From Lama guanicoe (Eukaryota), in assembly GCA_013239625.1 (NCBI GenBank), contig MU057202.1:4167101-4231100 (forward strand): DNA of 64,000 nt, written 5' to 3'. Every line of letters starts with the position of its first letter. The first letter of the stretch is position 1. A model generated the notes under the pieces. It was not told the DNA's origin and did not search any database. It worked only from the letters and a program-made list of their open reading frames with translations. The position numbers and the translations under genes are program-made. Of this stretch, positions 1 through 24,461 are shown piece after piece.

Positions 1-2408
1 GGGTGGGGTGGGCAGGTTTGGGTAATGCTCCCCGCCAAAGCGGTAATGATTCCCTCTGCCCCCCACCCCAGGAACAGGATGTCCTCCAAGTGACCAGAGG
101 CGCCCCCATACCCCCACCTAGCTTTGACAACCCTCAGCTTCCTGGCCCCACCCTATTCCTTTGTTGGAAGAGGGGTTGGGCCCGGACTCAGGATGACCTT
201 GGTCCAGGACTGGACTCTCCCTCAGCACAGTCCCACCTGGGCAACCCCCGAACCTAGCCGGGGGAGTGGACCAAGCCCGCTCAGGGACCTTCTCAGGGTT
301 GGACGTGAGAACAAAGCCGGGCTAGGGGTGGGTAGGGTGGAGAGCTGTGGAACCGCTAGGCCCCTCCTCTCCATTGTTAGCCCACCTCACAGATGTTGGG
401 ACTGAGATGAGAAGGGGACGGCGTTATCCGCACCCTTCCCCAGCAGGCAGGTGTCACATCCCTAAGTCGGGATGCTGTCCCGGGCCCAAGGTCACAAAGG
501 AAGTGCAAGACAGAGCCTCCTGCCCTCTAGCTTTCATTCCCTGCAGATGCCCAGCCCAGGGCTCAGGCTGGATGGGTGGGGCCTGCTGCCCCCTGTGTTC
601 TCCTCAGAACAATGTGGGGGGAGGGGATGGCTTTGTCAGCACCAAGGCTAGGGACCCAGCGCGGGATGGTGTCGAGCTGGTTCCCCAAGGAAGCAGTGGG
701 AGGAGACAGGTCCTGGAGGGGAAGGGGCCAGGAAAGGCTTCCTCTGGAGGCTGTTGTCATGGAAACCAGGCAAGAACAAAAAGAAGCTAATTACAACGGG
801 GCTGGGGCAGCCGCGTGGCCGACATGTAAATTGCAACTTGGGCTCTAGGGTAGAGGCGCCTCAGATGGGGGAGAAGGCATAGTGGGGAGACGCCCTAATC
901 ACCGAGGAGACAGCTGTTCCTGCCCGAGGAAGGGGGCGGGGGGAGGGAGAGGCCTGGAACACCAAGGCCTCAAATTAAATCAGGGCTCTGGGGGCAGTCT
1001 CTGACAGCTGCCCTGGCCAAGCAGAAGGGGCCAAGGACTCATTAATGTGGTCATAGAGGCCAGGCCTGCCCCGAACATCTGCTCCTTCAAGGGTCAGGGG
1101 ACACCGGAGGGAAGGAAGGCAGCCTGAGTCCCACTTGAGCCTGGGGGAGTGGAGATCCAGTTAAGCCTCAGTTTCTCTGGCTGGGACAGGCACATGTCAG
1201 GCAAAAGCAGGCTCGTGCCCCAAGCTGCAGCCCGGGAGTGTGGGGCAGGGCAGAGGCAGCAGCCCAAGTGCTGGACAGTGTCCTCTGCAGACATTTTTCC
1301 TTCTTCTCAGTACTGTGGCCCTTGGGATTGCTTATTACTTTTTATTTGTTTTGTGTTAATTTCCTTAACTTATATTTGTTTTTAAGACGAATATCTGATC
1401 CCTTTTAACAATTCAAATGAGAGGAAGGTGGATTTTGTGAAAAGGGGAATCGTTCCTTCCTATTCAACCACTGCCCTTTGAGTGGTTTCCTTCCGGCCTC
1501 CCTGCCCTGGAAAATCTCCAGAACCGAACTGCAAGTACTCAAAGCTGGTGTGGGAAATTTGCCTGCGAGGCCCTAAGCACCTGTCCTGTGGACAGGCCGT
1601 TTCTGGGTCATTTCTATTTCCTGCTCACATACTGACAGTGGGCTCCCTGGTGGGGGAAAGGAAAGTTCTATTCAGCACCACCAGCAGCTGACTCGGGTGG
1701 GCAAGGGGGGCTGCTTTCCTGCTTGAGGGTGGGCCGCCCGCTCTGGGGAGGGGCCTGGCTGTCAGGAGGGGTGATGGATCGGGGCTAGGAGAGGACACGC
1801 CTCTCCCAAGGGGCGACATGACAGCATTAGCAACTCCTGACAATGAGCATTAATGTTGGGTGTTGTGCCAGGTGCATTGAGAGCTTCACCTCACAAGGGT
1901 GTGGTGCGGTGAGGCTGGGTGTTGCCCTTCCCCCAAGGATAAGAGAACTCGATGATCGGGGAAGTTGGGGCACCTGCCCAGGAGGGACAGGGCAGGAATT
2001 TGAGTCTGGGCCTTTGTGGCTACATCAAGAGTGAGCGGGGGAACCTCACGACCCCCACAACGGGGAGTGAGTCCGAGACCCCTCACTCCTCCCCTAGGGG
2101 AGCAGGGTGGTCCTGGAGCCTTTGTCTGCGCCCCCCACCTCGGCCACTGGGCAGGGCCTCAGAGGGGCGGTCCCTGGCCCTGAGCCAATGGGAGAAGGGA
2201 TTTCCCAGTTTGGAGGCCCCGCCCCCTCTCCCAGCATCTCCCAGCTGGATCCCGAGGGGCGCTCGCTGTGCGCGGTGCAGGGAGAGGCATGAGGTCCTGG
2301 AGGAGCTTAAGGGTCCGCAGTCTGCCAGCCCTCCCTCGGGGGAGAGGCCGCACCCTACTTGCCTCAGGCTCCTGTGCGCCCACACCCCCAGCCCGGGCGT
2401 GACAAAAG

Positions 2409-2429
2409 GTCAGCACCACGGACAGCGCC
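2409..2429 (+). promoter_or_regulatory. RE1/NRSE (REST-binding site) in TUBB3 intron 1
   Basis: GTCAGCACCACGGACAGCGCC matches the canonical TTCAGCACCACGGACAGCGCC at 20 of 21 positions and lies in a small CpG-rich patch. TUBB3 is a known neuronal REST target. Confidence 0.9.
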
Positions 2430-2565
2430 GCGGCGCAGGGGCTGAAGTGGTCGCCGTGGCCTGGACCCTGGCGTCCACGCGTCATCTGGCTGTTTTCTCA
2501 TCTGTAGTGATAGTCATAATTATTATTTAACTTATAAAATTGTACTTTGTCATTTACTACATGCT

Positions 2566-2718
2566 TATTTTTTAAATTTTTTGTTTGTTTTTTGTTTATT
2601 TGAGGGGAGTAATTAGGTTTACTTACTTATTCATTTTTTGGAGGAGGTATTGGGGATTGAACCCAGGACCTCATGCATGCTAAGCATGTGCTCTACCACG
2701 TGAGCTATACCCTCCCCC
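2566..2718 (-). mobile_element. tRNA-derived SINE (camelid Vic-1-like)
   Basis: Minus strand reads GGGGAGGGTATAGCTCA..TGGTAGAGCACATGCTTAGCATGCATGAGGTCCTGGGTTCAATCCCCA (A and B boxes), followed by an A-rich tail. Same family as the copies at 16557 and 43615. Confidence 0.85.
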
Positions 2719-3149
2719 CATTACCTGCTTATATTATATTCTATTAAGATGTTTATTTTACATTATAATTTGCATTAGTTTAAACTACAAAAGCGATTAT
2801 TAATACATTCTCCTTCTGCAAAGTTGAAACATTGAAGATAAGGCTAAAGTGCCCACCTCGCCACCTCACCCCTTTAGCTCCCCCTCTCCAGGTGGGACTA
2901 GTCGGTTTTCCATTCTTCGCGTCCATTTTCTGTGCATATGACCTACATATAAAAAAAATAGCAACTGCTGCGAGGTTCTCATTTTTACGCTGTGTGTCAT
3001 TGCAGCATGCCTTTTCCCTCAAGGACGTGCCTTGCAGATGATCATTTATTGTGCCACAGTAATCTAAAGTATGTGGATTTTTAAATTACCTTTTATTTTT
3101 ATTTTAGTGAATATGGCTTTACAAATTTAAATAGCATCTAAGGCCTTTT

Positions 3150-3310
3150 GACTCAGTGAGGCCAGCATTTGCTGAGTGCTTTTGTGTGTCAGGCTTTGAG
3201 CTGACCACTTGAAGGGCGTACCATCATCACAGCCACTTTACAGATGAGAAAACAGAGGTCCCAAGAGGCAGAGTCACTGGCTAGTGCTGGGGTCTGCACC
3301 CACTCCAGTC
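3150..3310 (+). mobile_element. MIR-like SINE relic
   Basis: Core-like motifs catttgctgagtgct..gtgtcaggc and ttacagatgagaaaacagaggtcc; boundaries approximate. Confidence 0.5.
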
Positions 3311-5021
3311 CTTTGTCTTCTGGAAGCCTTTGCAGTCCACAGATGGTTTCCAGAGAACTTTCCATAGATGCATTGATGGCACAGTGACTGAGTCACTGTC
3401 TTCTGGCTCCACACTTGCCATCTCCAGCTCACCCCTCCTCTACAGGGGCCGTGGGTGTCCCTGAAGCTAGAGGTTTGGGGTGTCCAAGGGCTGTGGGGCC
3501 CAGGCCCCCAGCTCAGGCTCTCAGACAGCCTCAGGGAGGAGGAGGACACAGGGAGACAGCAGAGGAAGGAAGTTCTGATTAGGCCCTGAATTTACAAAGT
3601 TAATTCACACTTAAGGCAAACAAAAAAAAGAAAGAAAGAAAAGGGAGGAAGGGAGGGAGGGAGAAAAAGAAAACTTATCAATGATAAAAACACATACAGG
3701 AGGAAGAAGTCCATCCCTCCACTCTCACCAGGAGCTGACCTTCAGTAACAGTCTTCCTGGATGAACTGCCAAGATTCTTTCGTGCATTTTATAATAATGA
3801 CACTGTTCATACTTCTCAGGTTTAAGTTTTTAAAAATTTCTAACTAATCTTTTTTTCTTTTGAGAGGTTAGTAACAACTGCGCATGACAAAATTTCCAAA
3901 AACAAACAAACAAACAAACAAAACCCCCAAAGGATGTGCAGTGCGAAAGTCTCTTCCACGACGTAGGACCACACCCTCAGGCACAGCTGCCAGGAGCAGA
4001 CTTTCATGTGTCAGAGACATCTATACATAGACAAGCACATGAAGACTGTTTTCTGACTGCTTTTTTCATGGAACAGTCTTTTCACCAGCACGTGGCTCAT
4101 ACATAGAAGCCCCTTGCTACTTGAGGCCTTCATACCCATTCGTCTGAAAGTCACCCTAACCCTGAGGGGCCAAGGGGAGGGGCACTAGGAACTCACAGAG
4201 TGTGTGACCACTGCTGCACGGGCAAACTGTGCTCCAAGACAACCTGGAAGTGCCCCTGGGGTGAGTGTGGAGTGCTCTGCAGCCTTCCCTTCCCCCAGGG
4301 TCTGTCTCTGCATGCAACATGTGTGCTAATGATTGACCCAGCACCCAGTAGCCACCACACACTGTTCACATGCTTTGCACAGTGTAACTTGCTTTATTCT
4401 CATAACAACCTGCCTTCATCATCAAGCCCTCTGAACAGGTGAGGACACTGAGACACAGAGAGTATTCTGGACCAGCCCAAGGTCATGCAGCTGGGAAGGG
4501 GTGGTCCACCTCCTGAGGCTGGGCCCTGCTCTGTGCTGCCCTGCCCTGCTGCAGTCCTGGGAGAAGCACCATGATTCCCTGCCCACAAGGAGCAGGGCAG
4601 GGGGCAGCAGGGAGAGTAAGCCCTCGCGTTGGGGCTGCACCCTCTCTGCTTGGCAGGCTGGGTGAGCCCAGGCATGTCACCTCCCACTCAGGGCCCCTGC
4701 GGTTCCTGTTGGCCACTGGCATGCTGGACACTGCCAGGCCCTGCCGCTGGATGTCCTTCTGCAGACACTGAGGTGCACACGTGCTCTGGGCCCCGACTCC
4801 GTCTCTTACTGTGGGCATCTCCACGTTCTCTGTACCTCAGCTCTCTCATCTGAAAAGAGGAAATTTAAAAAAAACAAACAAAAAACACCCTCAAAGGGTG
4901 TTTATTACGAGTTCCTCATGGAGAAGTGGCCTGTCCAAAGTCCCCGCTCGGCCAGTGCAGAGCTGGGTCTCAGGGCCCTGACCACCCTGAGGGCTTTGGT
5001 CACCATGGACGTGCATATTGA

Positions 5022-7795
<2,774 letters not shown>

Positions 7796-8109
7796 AGCAG
7801 CTGGAGGGGTGGGACATGGCCGCGGCCAGGACCAAGAGGTCTGTCCCCAGAGCCATGAAGCCACTGACACCCCCCCACCCTCACCCCCACCAGGTCCAGT
7901 CGCGTCACCCTAGGGCTCCCGAGTGTTCGTCCTTCAGTATTTACAGCATCCCCGCCCTGCGTGAGTCCACTTGGCTCAGTCTTCTGCCATAGGTCATTTC
8001 CATTTTTGTGTGACCCGTTTGTCTCTCTGCTTTACTGTCAGCTCCAGGCCTGATGTTTTATGGCTTTTTCCTTTCGACTGGTTTGTGTTTATATTTTGGG
8101 GGGATACTT

Positions 8110-8115
8110 AATAAA
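8110..8115 (+). terminator. TUBB3 polyadenylation signal AATAAA
   Basis: AATAAA about 315 nt after the stop codon, preceded by a U-rich stretch. Confidence 0.8.
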
Positions 8116-11100
8116 TTTATTGCTGTCAGACACCCTTGCCTGGTGCTGGAGATTTCTTCTTGTTCTGGAAAGTTGGGGCCAGAGGGGTGAAAAAGGGCAG
8201 ACAGGGAGGCCCAGTGGAGGTAGGGGGGAAGGCCAAGTGTCATTGTCTCCCAGGTGGGGCTGGGACAGGCGCAGCCCCTGGGGAGCGCCTGGAAGTGGTG
8301 TTGGAGAAGGGATGGGCACCATTCCAGAATCTCAAATGTGCTCTCAGGTGACCTGGGGACAATCCCTAGTTCCCTCCAGGGTGACTCACACTATAGGACT
8401 CTCCTCTGGCTTATCCGTGTGCTGGCTGTTAGAGGCAGGCAGCCCAAGACCCAGTGGGAGGTAGGAAGGGGGGACCTTGGCAACTTCCCCTGAAAAATGT
8501 TCTGTATCTGAGGGTTGGGGCTTCAGCCCTGGGGAAGGGCTGGCGGGTGCAGCAAGTTACAGCCACAGCCCCAGGAGCAGGCTGGGCTCGGAGGAATGGT
8601 CTGTCTCCTGCGCCCCCTGGTGGTCATTTCCTGTGTCTGCAATGAGCCTGGTGTCCAGCTGGAAGGGGCTCACCTGGCTTCCCCTCTCCTCCTACGAGGA
8701 AAGAAGTGGGTTCCCAGAGAGGCGCTGGCTGCCTGGGGCCCATGTGAGCCTTCGCAGAGCTGGGTGGGCCCAGACCCTCTCCACCAGCCTCCCCACATGC
8801 ACCCCACTCCTCGAAGCCCCTGGGTCTCATCAAACCCAGCTCCCACTGGGACATAAAAGCACCCCTGCACCTCTGTGTGGATACCTGTGCAGAAGGGAGG
8901 TTGATGGGGCTGATCTAGACCAGGGAACTGAAGCTCTGAGAGGCTCACATCCCAGGCTCTGGTCCCGATGCATTCCGAGTCCACCAGGAGCTGGTCCCGG
9001 GCCAGCTCTAAGCCTACCACACCTGCTACACTCACCCACCTCGCACAGGAGGTGACCACGCTACAGTGTGTGTGACTGTTGTGGGTGGGGGTTTGAGTCC
9101 CGTGCTGGTCCCTTCCCACTGTATAATGAAGGCCCCGACCCCACATCCACAGGGGCCTCACAAGGCTGCTGCCTCCACACATTTGGGAGGGGGAAGAGGT
9201 GTCTGCAGCTCAGGTTCTCAGATGGCTCTGGGACCCCAAAAGAGGTGAGATGCCCATGAGTGTCCATGCTGGCCCTGGGTCCATGGTCTTACGGTCTTAC
9301 CCGGCCTCTCCTGAGAGCTCAAGATATGGACCTCATTTAACCTTTACAAGGAGGTCACAAGGTTCCCAGGCAAAGCAACAAGTCTCAAAGAACTGAGGTG
9401 TCTGCCTGTTGGCAGAGCTGAGCCAGTGTCCGGCCCTCTGTATATCTTTTTTTTTTTGCTTAAAGAGACCCCAAATCACATTTCCTTCCTAAGCACCTAC
9501 ATCCATGAGAACTTTGTCCTACCTCACATTACTCAGATGAAGCTGGTCTCCTTGGGCCATCCTGGCTTCTCCCCTAGACCACAACCCAGCCCCAGCACTA
9601 ACGTGCAGTGTAGACAGTGCTGGCAGGGGTCTGGGGAGGCAGCTAGCATGTCCAGCCCCAAGGACATCTCTGCTGTTCCCCAGAGTTCCTCTCCGCGTGA
9701 GGGGCCTCACTCCTTCTTTCTCCAGCCCTCCCTCCCCTCCTGACGCTGGTCCTCCCCTGATGGGGGCCTCTAGCACCCTTTCTCATGGGGGGGGCAGTTT
9801 AGTTCTCCTGTCTTCCTCAATCACGTCCTCACTCCTTACCCCTACACGGCAGACAGGCCCTGGGCTCTGAGTGAACTCCTAGCCCATGGCACCCCTGAGC
9901 ATGAAGAATGGCTGTGCTTTGTGTCCCCGCACTCCAGAGTGGGTTGTCACACACACCCGGAAGCAGGAACACATGGAAAGCGGCCAACAGCGTGTGGCAC
10001 ACGACAGGAGCCCACAGTGTTAGCTCTTGCATGTCTGTTATCATCACTGCGGGGACTTTGTCTGCAGGGGTGCGTGGGCTCTAGGGGGCAGAAGAAGACA
10101 ACTTAAGAGCCAGTCAGTCTCAAACGAAACGCCCAGAAGGGCTCTGAATGGCCCTGCGCCGTCAAGGACCGCGCTGGCCCCTTTGCCTTAAGGCCCACCT
10201 GTCCCTTTCAGGCTGGATGAAGAGCCATGGGTGTCCAGACCAGGAACACCCAGGCACCACCCTGCACCCTCTGCCTGGTGGGTACTTGGGGTGCTCAGGG
10301 GCCAGGAGGAGGCCTCACTCTCGGGGGTACGGCTGCCAGAGCCAACACAGGATGCCCAGTCACACTGGAATTTCAGGTAAAGAATGGGCAACATACCACG
10401 TGGGGGCATGTTTATACCGAGCACTTATTCCTCAGTTACGAAGTCTGGTAATCCTAGACTGGGGCACCCAGCAGCTGCGCAGCTGGGCCTGTCCTGGGAG
10501 CCAGGCATCCCAGGTGCCTCTCCATACTGAGCTCTTCATCCAGCAGGTTACATGTCAGGACAAACTTGTGAGGCAGATGTTTACAGATGAAGAAACCGAG
10601 GCTTGGAGACAGACCCTGCCGCAAGGGGCAGGGCCACAGTCTGAATGGAGGAAATGGGAACTGAGTCATCAAGGTTCCCACCTCCCCTGGGGACAATGAC
10701 AGCCTGAGAAGGGGGACAAGGAGTGTCGAATGGAGATGACCTTCACCTCTGCCCCTAAATATGTGACAGGTCACTTCCCCTCTCTAGGGCACATTCCCCA
10801 GCTGCAAAGAACATGTCCCACTTGTGTTTCGGGAGTCAGAATTCCAGATAGATTCATTTGAAAGAAGACTGCTGATCTTCAAGTTCTTTGAAAGCTACTT
10901 GCTCAGATAATAATAAATGAGAGAGGACACAGATTGAATGCAGATGAAGCCCAGCCTGCAGAGGTCACCAGGGGCAGGTGTCACTGCCAGCACAGGTGTG
11001 AGGTGGGGTAGGGTCCTGGGGAGCAGAGGGTGAGCCAGGGCTGCATGGGTTTGGGGGAAGGGTGGAGTCAGGCAGAGCTAAAGTTAATCAGGTCCCTGTG

Positions 11101-11239
11101 GCCTGGATGTGGCGACATCCACCCCAGATCAGGACTTGGGGGCTAACCAGCATTCCATTTCCCGGGGAGCTGCAGGATTAAAGTAGATGTGGACGTTTGA
11201 GTGGAAACCCTCTACTGAAGCCCCCACCTGGGCTTCCCT

Positions 11240-11620
11240 GGTCCAAGTGACCACGTGACCCAGATGCTCCAGGCAGGGGCCCGGGGCGGGACGCGCAGAC
11301 TCTGGCCGGCGTGTCGTGAGCCTCCCGGCCGCAGGTGGCAGCAGCGGGTGGCAGCGGAGACTCCGCAGCGAGGGCGGCGGGGCGGATACAACGTAGCGAG
11401 GTGGGCAATGGATACAATGTAGCGAGGGCAGCGCCAGGTGAGCTGCGGACGGTGGAGCGCGGGTGACTTGGGGAGCAGCGGGGGTCTGGGTGGAGGGAAC
11501 GGGGACGCTCAGCCCTGGAGCTCACTCGACCCGCCACGCCCGGAGCTCGGGGAGCCTCCTCTCCTGACGCGGACACCGGGGAGCAGGGGTGAGGGATCCA
11601 TTCAAGGCTCCGGCCCTGGC
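11240..11620 (+). promoter_or_regulatory. DEF8: DEF8 CpG-island promoter and non-coding exon 1 (donor CAG|GTGAGC at 11437/11438)
   Basis: CpG-dense; GC box GGGGCGGG near 11283; E-box CACGTGAC at 11252-11259; strong splice donor. Confidence 0.75.
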
Positions 11621-13289
11621 GCAAAGCAGGATTCAGACCCACTGGATTCCTTACCCGGGCTCAGAGCTGCACCGCACCCCGTTCGGACAGGGTTTAGCTG
11701 GGAGTTGGCCCCCTTCAGATGACACTGTCACCGTTTCCGGCCGTCAACTGTCTGTGGGATCCATGAGGCCTGAGGGGACACCCATGGCCGTCCCATCCTG
11801 AGCTGGTGCTGGGCTACTTGGCCTGTCTCCTCATCTATGAAATGGGTGGACATGGTGCAAGGGACCTGCCCCCGTGCGGAGCCAGTTAGCAAGGGTCCCC
11901 AGAGTGTATGATGTTGTTGTTGTGGGTGAAGCTGGAGGAGGTCGGTTTTGGGGCGGCTCCTCCCTGAGGCGGGGGTGGACACGCTGCTAGGCTTCAGTGG
12001 CAAACAACCCCCCTTTAAGGGACAGTATACACTGCCTTGCTCCCTGCGGGTCTCAGCAGGCCTCCCTCCAGGTATGAGCTGACAGGATGTACCTTCTCCC
12101 CAGCGCTCTCCAGGGAGAAGTCTAGGGGCCTCTGGTGGCAGCTGGGGTGATGGCAGGACCTCTTGGTGGCCACAGAACATGGGAGAACATGGAGGCAGAA
12201 CACGGGAGGTTGGTTCGAGCACAGCTGAGCTTCAATCCAATGTCCCTTCATGTGCTGGGAGCTTTATTCTGGGGTTGCCTTTCATTGCTAAGTGCAGTTC
12301 TTGTCCCTGTGCTAGGAGGTCTCCAGAGGAGTCAGACAGTGGAAGAGTGGGTTTCCTCCATTCCCCTCACTTTGCACCTTCTTGCCTGCTCCTCTCTGAG
12401 GCCAAGCCTGAACTCTGGGTGCAGGGCCCTCTGTGGGCTGAGCCTGGTGGGGTGGTGAAGGTTGCTGGTGCTCTCCTCAAAGTCAGCTGCTGCAGGCTGC
12501 ATCTGCTGGTCCCAGGTGTTAGGACAGCATCTGCCTGCCCTCAGCAGCCCTAAAGGAAATTCTCCAACTTGGCAGGAGAGAAACTGAGGCTGGGAGAGGT
12601 CAAGTGACCCCATTCGTTCACTCATCCATGGCCTCTATGCCAGGCCTGGGACTGGCACTGCCCACCAGGAAGTTAATGAGAGGTGCTGCTACCAAGGGAA
12701 CTTATGGGCCAGAGGAGAGCTGCTGGGAAGAGCAGAGGTGTTCTGCCTTCAAGCACCTCTGGCCGTGTTGTAAACCGCTGGAATGTTTCATGGGAGAAAC
12801 CCCTGGCGGTGGCTCCTGTACCCTCCAGTCTCGTGGGGTTGGGCTGATCATCACGTGATGTCAGAGACAGTTTGCTCTGCAGCAACTGTGAGTCACAGGC
12901 TTCACCGCCACATACAAGCGCTTGGTCCCTCCACCTGCTCCAGGAGGTAGACATTCCCCTTTTCCTATAGGCAAGGAAATGGAGTCATGTAGCTCGTCAC
13001 TGGGAGAGGCAGAATTAAATCAGGGCTGTCTGATTCTTAGTAGTAACAATGATAACGGTAAGTTGCAGCTGATACTTACTTCTGTCCAGGGTACTCAGAA
13101 CTTTGTGTTAACCCTGTGCAGCAGGAACTATTATCATCCCTATTTGAAACACGAGAACTCAAATGCAAAAAAAGCTTTAGGCGTTTGCCCAAGGTCACAC
13201 AGCTAGGAGCTGACGGAGCTGGGAGTTGAATAGGGCCAATTTGTCTTATTACCACAAGGCTTTTGGGGTGATTGTTTAGATGGCTAGAG

Positions 13290-13600
13290 ACAGAAATCCT
13301 CCTCCCAATAACAGTAGTTTAAACAGAAGTTTATTTCTGTCTCACTTAAATTAAGCCTGGAGTGAGCAGCTCAGGGCTTCTGTTGCAGCCCAAAGTGGCT
13401 GCTCCAGCTCCACCCGTTACATCTGCATCCCACACAGCAAGAGGCAGGAAGAGCTGAACAGGGGCAGTCCCTCCTTTTAAGAACAATTACCAGGAGTCTC
13501 GAGATCTTTCTGTTCACATGCTATTGGTCAGAACATAGTCATATGACCACATCTAGCTACAGGGAGGCTGGGAAATCAAATGATGAGTAGAGAATCACAG
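13290..13600. mobile_element. MaLR (MLT1-like) LTR relic
   Basis: Motifs agtttatttctgtctcac and ctattggtcagaacatagtcatatgaccacatctagctacagggaggctgggaaat resemble MLT1. Confidence 0.55.
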
Positions 13601-13608
13601 TTCCCCAC

Positions 13609-14032
13609 TGTCAGAGAAAAGCCAGACCTGGTCAGTCATTAAAGCAGTGGAAACAGATTTTATTGCAATAGGAGAAATGAGACTGGTATAGAACTGAGCT
13701 CAGCTCCAAATACAGCACCGGCAAATGGGGATTTATTTACAGCCAAGAAGCAAGTGGGGTCAGTGGATGGACAATGACTAAGAGGAAACATAAAGGGCCA
13801 GAGGAGGGATTCTGGCTAAACTGGCCTAACAGGATCTTTGTGATCAGACATCACCTGGGAGATGCTGGGGTGGGAGCGGTGAGGAACACGGTCAGATATG
13901 AGGGTGATCAGATGTCACAGTGGGGGCTTAGCAGAGTTCTTGCTAAAACTGGGTTTTATAGGAAGTGCACCGATGGGCCAGGAGAAGGTTTGGGACCTGA
14001 CTACAGCCTGGTTGAGCGAAGAGTCTTTGTCA
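13609..14032 (-). mobile_element. ERV1 solo LTR (MER31/MER67-like)
   Basis: TG...CA termini with a 4-bp target-site duplication CCAC (13605-13608 and 14033-14036). Minus strand begins TGACAAAGACTC and has AATAAA near its 3' end. Confidence 0.7.
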
Positions 14033-15226
14033 CCACTTGGGAAGAAGGGGTTAGTGAATATGGGGACAGCTGGATCTCTCCTGTACTCCAGGTGATTCCT
14101 GGGACATGGTGGCCCCTGACACCTGGGGGGTGTTGGGCACTCTCTGTGAGCTGCCGAGAGGCATCACGTGATAAGAGAGGGGACTGGAGCCCATGGCACC
14201 TGTGTCCTCTTTTGTTTTGACCCAGGAGCATTCAGTCAATGGGTACTAGGTTCTACCAGACTGGACCTTCCAACCCACATCCCCACCACAGGAAAAAGAG
14301 AGGTAGGATGGGGCCCACAGGTGATATGGGAGTGCCTGCCCAGGTGCAGGGTGGCACTTGAGGGGGTGGGTGTGGGGTGACATTGAGCAGGGCCTTCCCC
14401 TCTGTTTCAGTTCTCCTTCTTTGGGGAGGGGCAGATAGGCATCATGGGATTGCCTTTTATAAATACAAAGTATTTCAGACTGTAACCAGGTGTAGGGGAA
14501 GTAACTAACACCTGTGCACTCAGTACAAAGGTTTTAAAAACATATGTCCAACCTCCTATGAGAGATGCTAAGGAATGTGGCTCACCTAGTGATGTAGGGG
14601 GACCTGGGTGGCAGACTCCATCAAAGCCCCTTCCTTCCCAGAGCCATCAGCCCTGTGTGTCTGCCGTTTGCTGAGCTCTGGGCAGGGAAAGCAGGGCTGG
14701 GCTGTGGACCAGGTACTTCTGCCTGTTTCCTGAGCTCGTAAGCTGTGAGGCCACGCACTGGCTCAGGCCATGTGAGGCGTCAGTGGAAGCCCAGGCCAAG
14801 GAAGTGCTGGCCTGGCCACACTGTGACAAAATAGCTTTCAGGGGCCTTCTCCATGGGGCATGAGGACGTGGCCCTGCCCAAGGTCACACTGCTGGTGGCA
14901 GGGCAGGCCCGGGCCCTGGTGTCAGCACTGACCCTTCTGCTGGGAGGGCATGGCTGGACTGGGTCTGAGTGAGGCAAGTGGGATCAGAGGGTCCTGTGCT
15001 GGGGGCAAGGGTCCTGGGTTCCAGACTTCCTGGCTGGGCACCTTGGGCAGGTCAAGTCCCTCTCCTAGCCCTGCTGGCCCCATCAGCGGGTCGGACTTCA
15101 CTGCTCTTACTGAGGGGAGGCCACCCGTGGGAACCTGGGTGAGGGGCTGACGATGGAGGCTGTGGAGTGGAGGTGTTCCACCCAGACCCTCTTGAGGGAG
15201 TGAGGGGGGCCGGGCATCCCCTCTGA

Positions 15227-24461
<9,235 letters not shown>

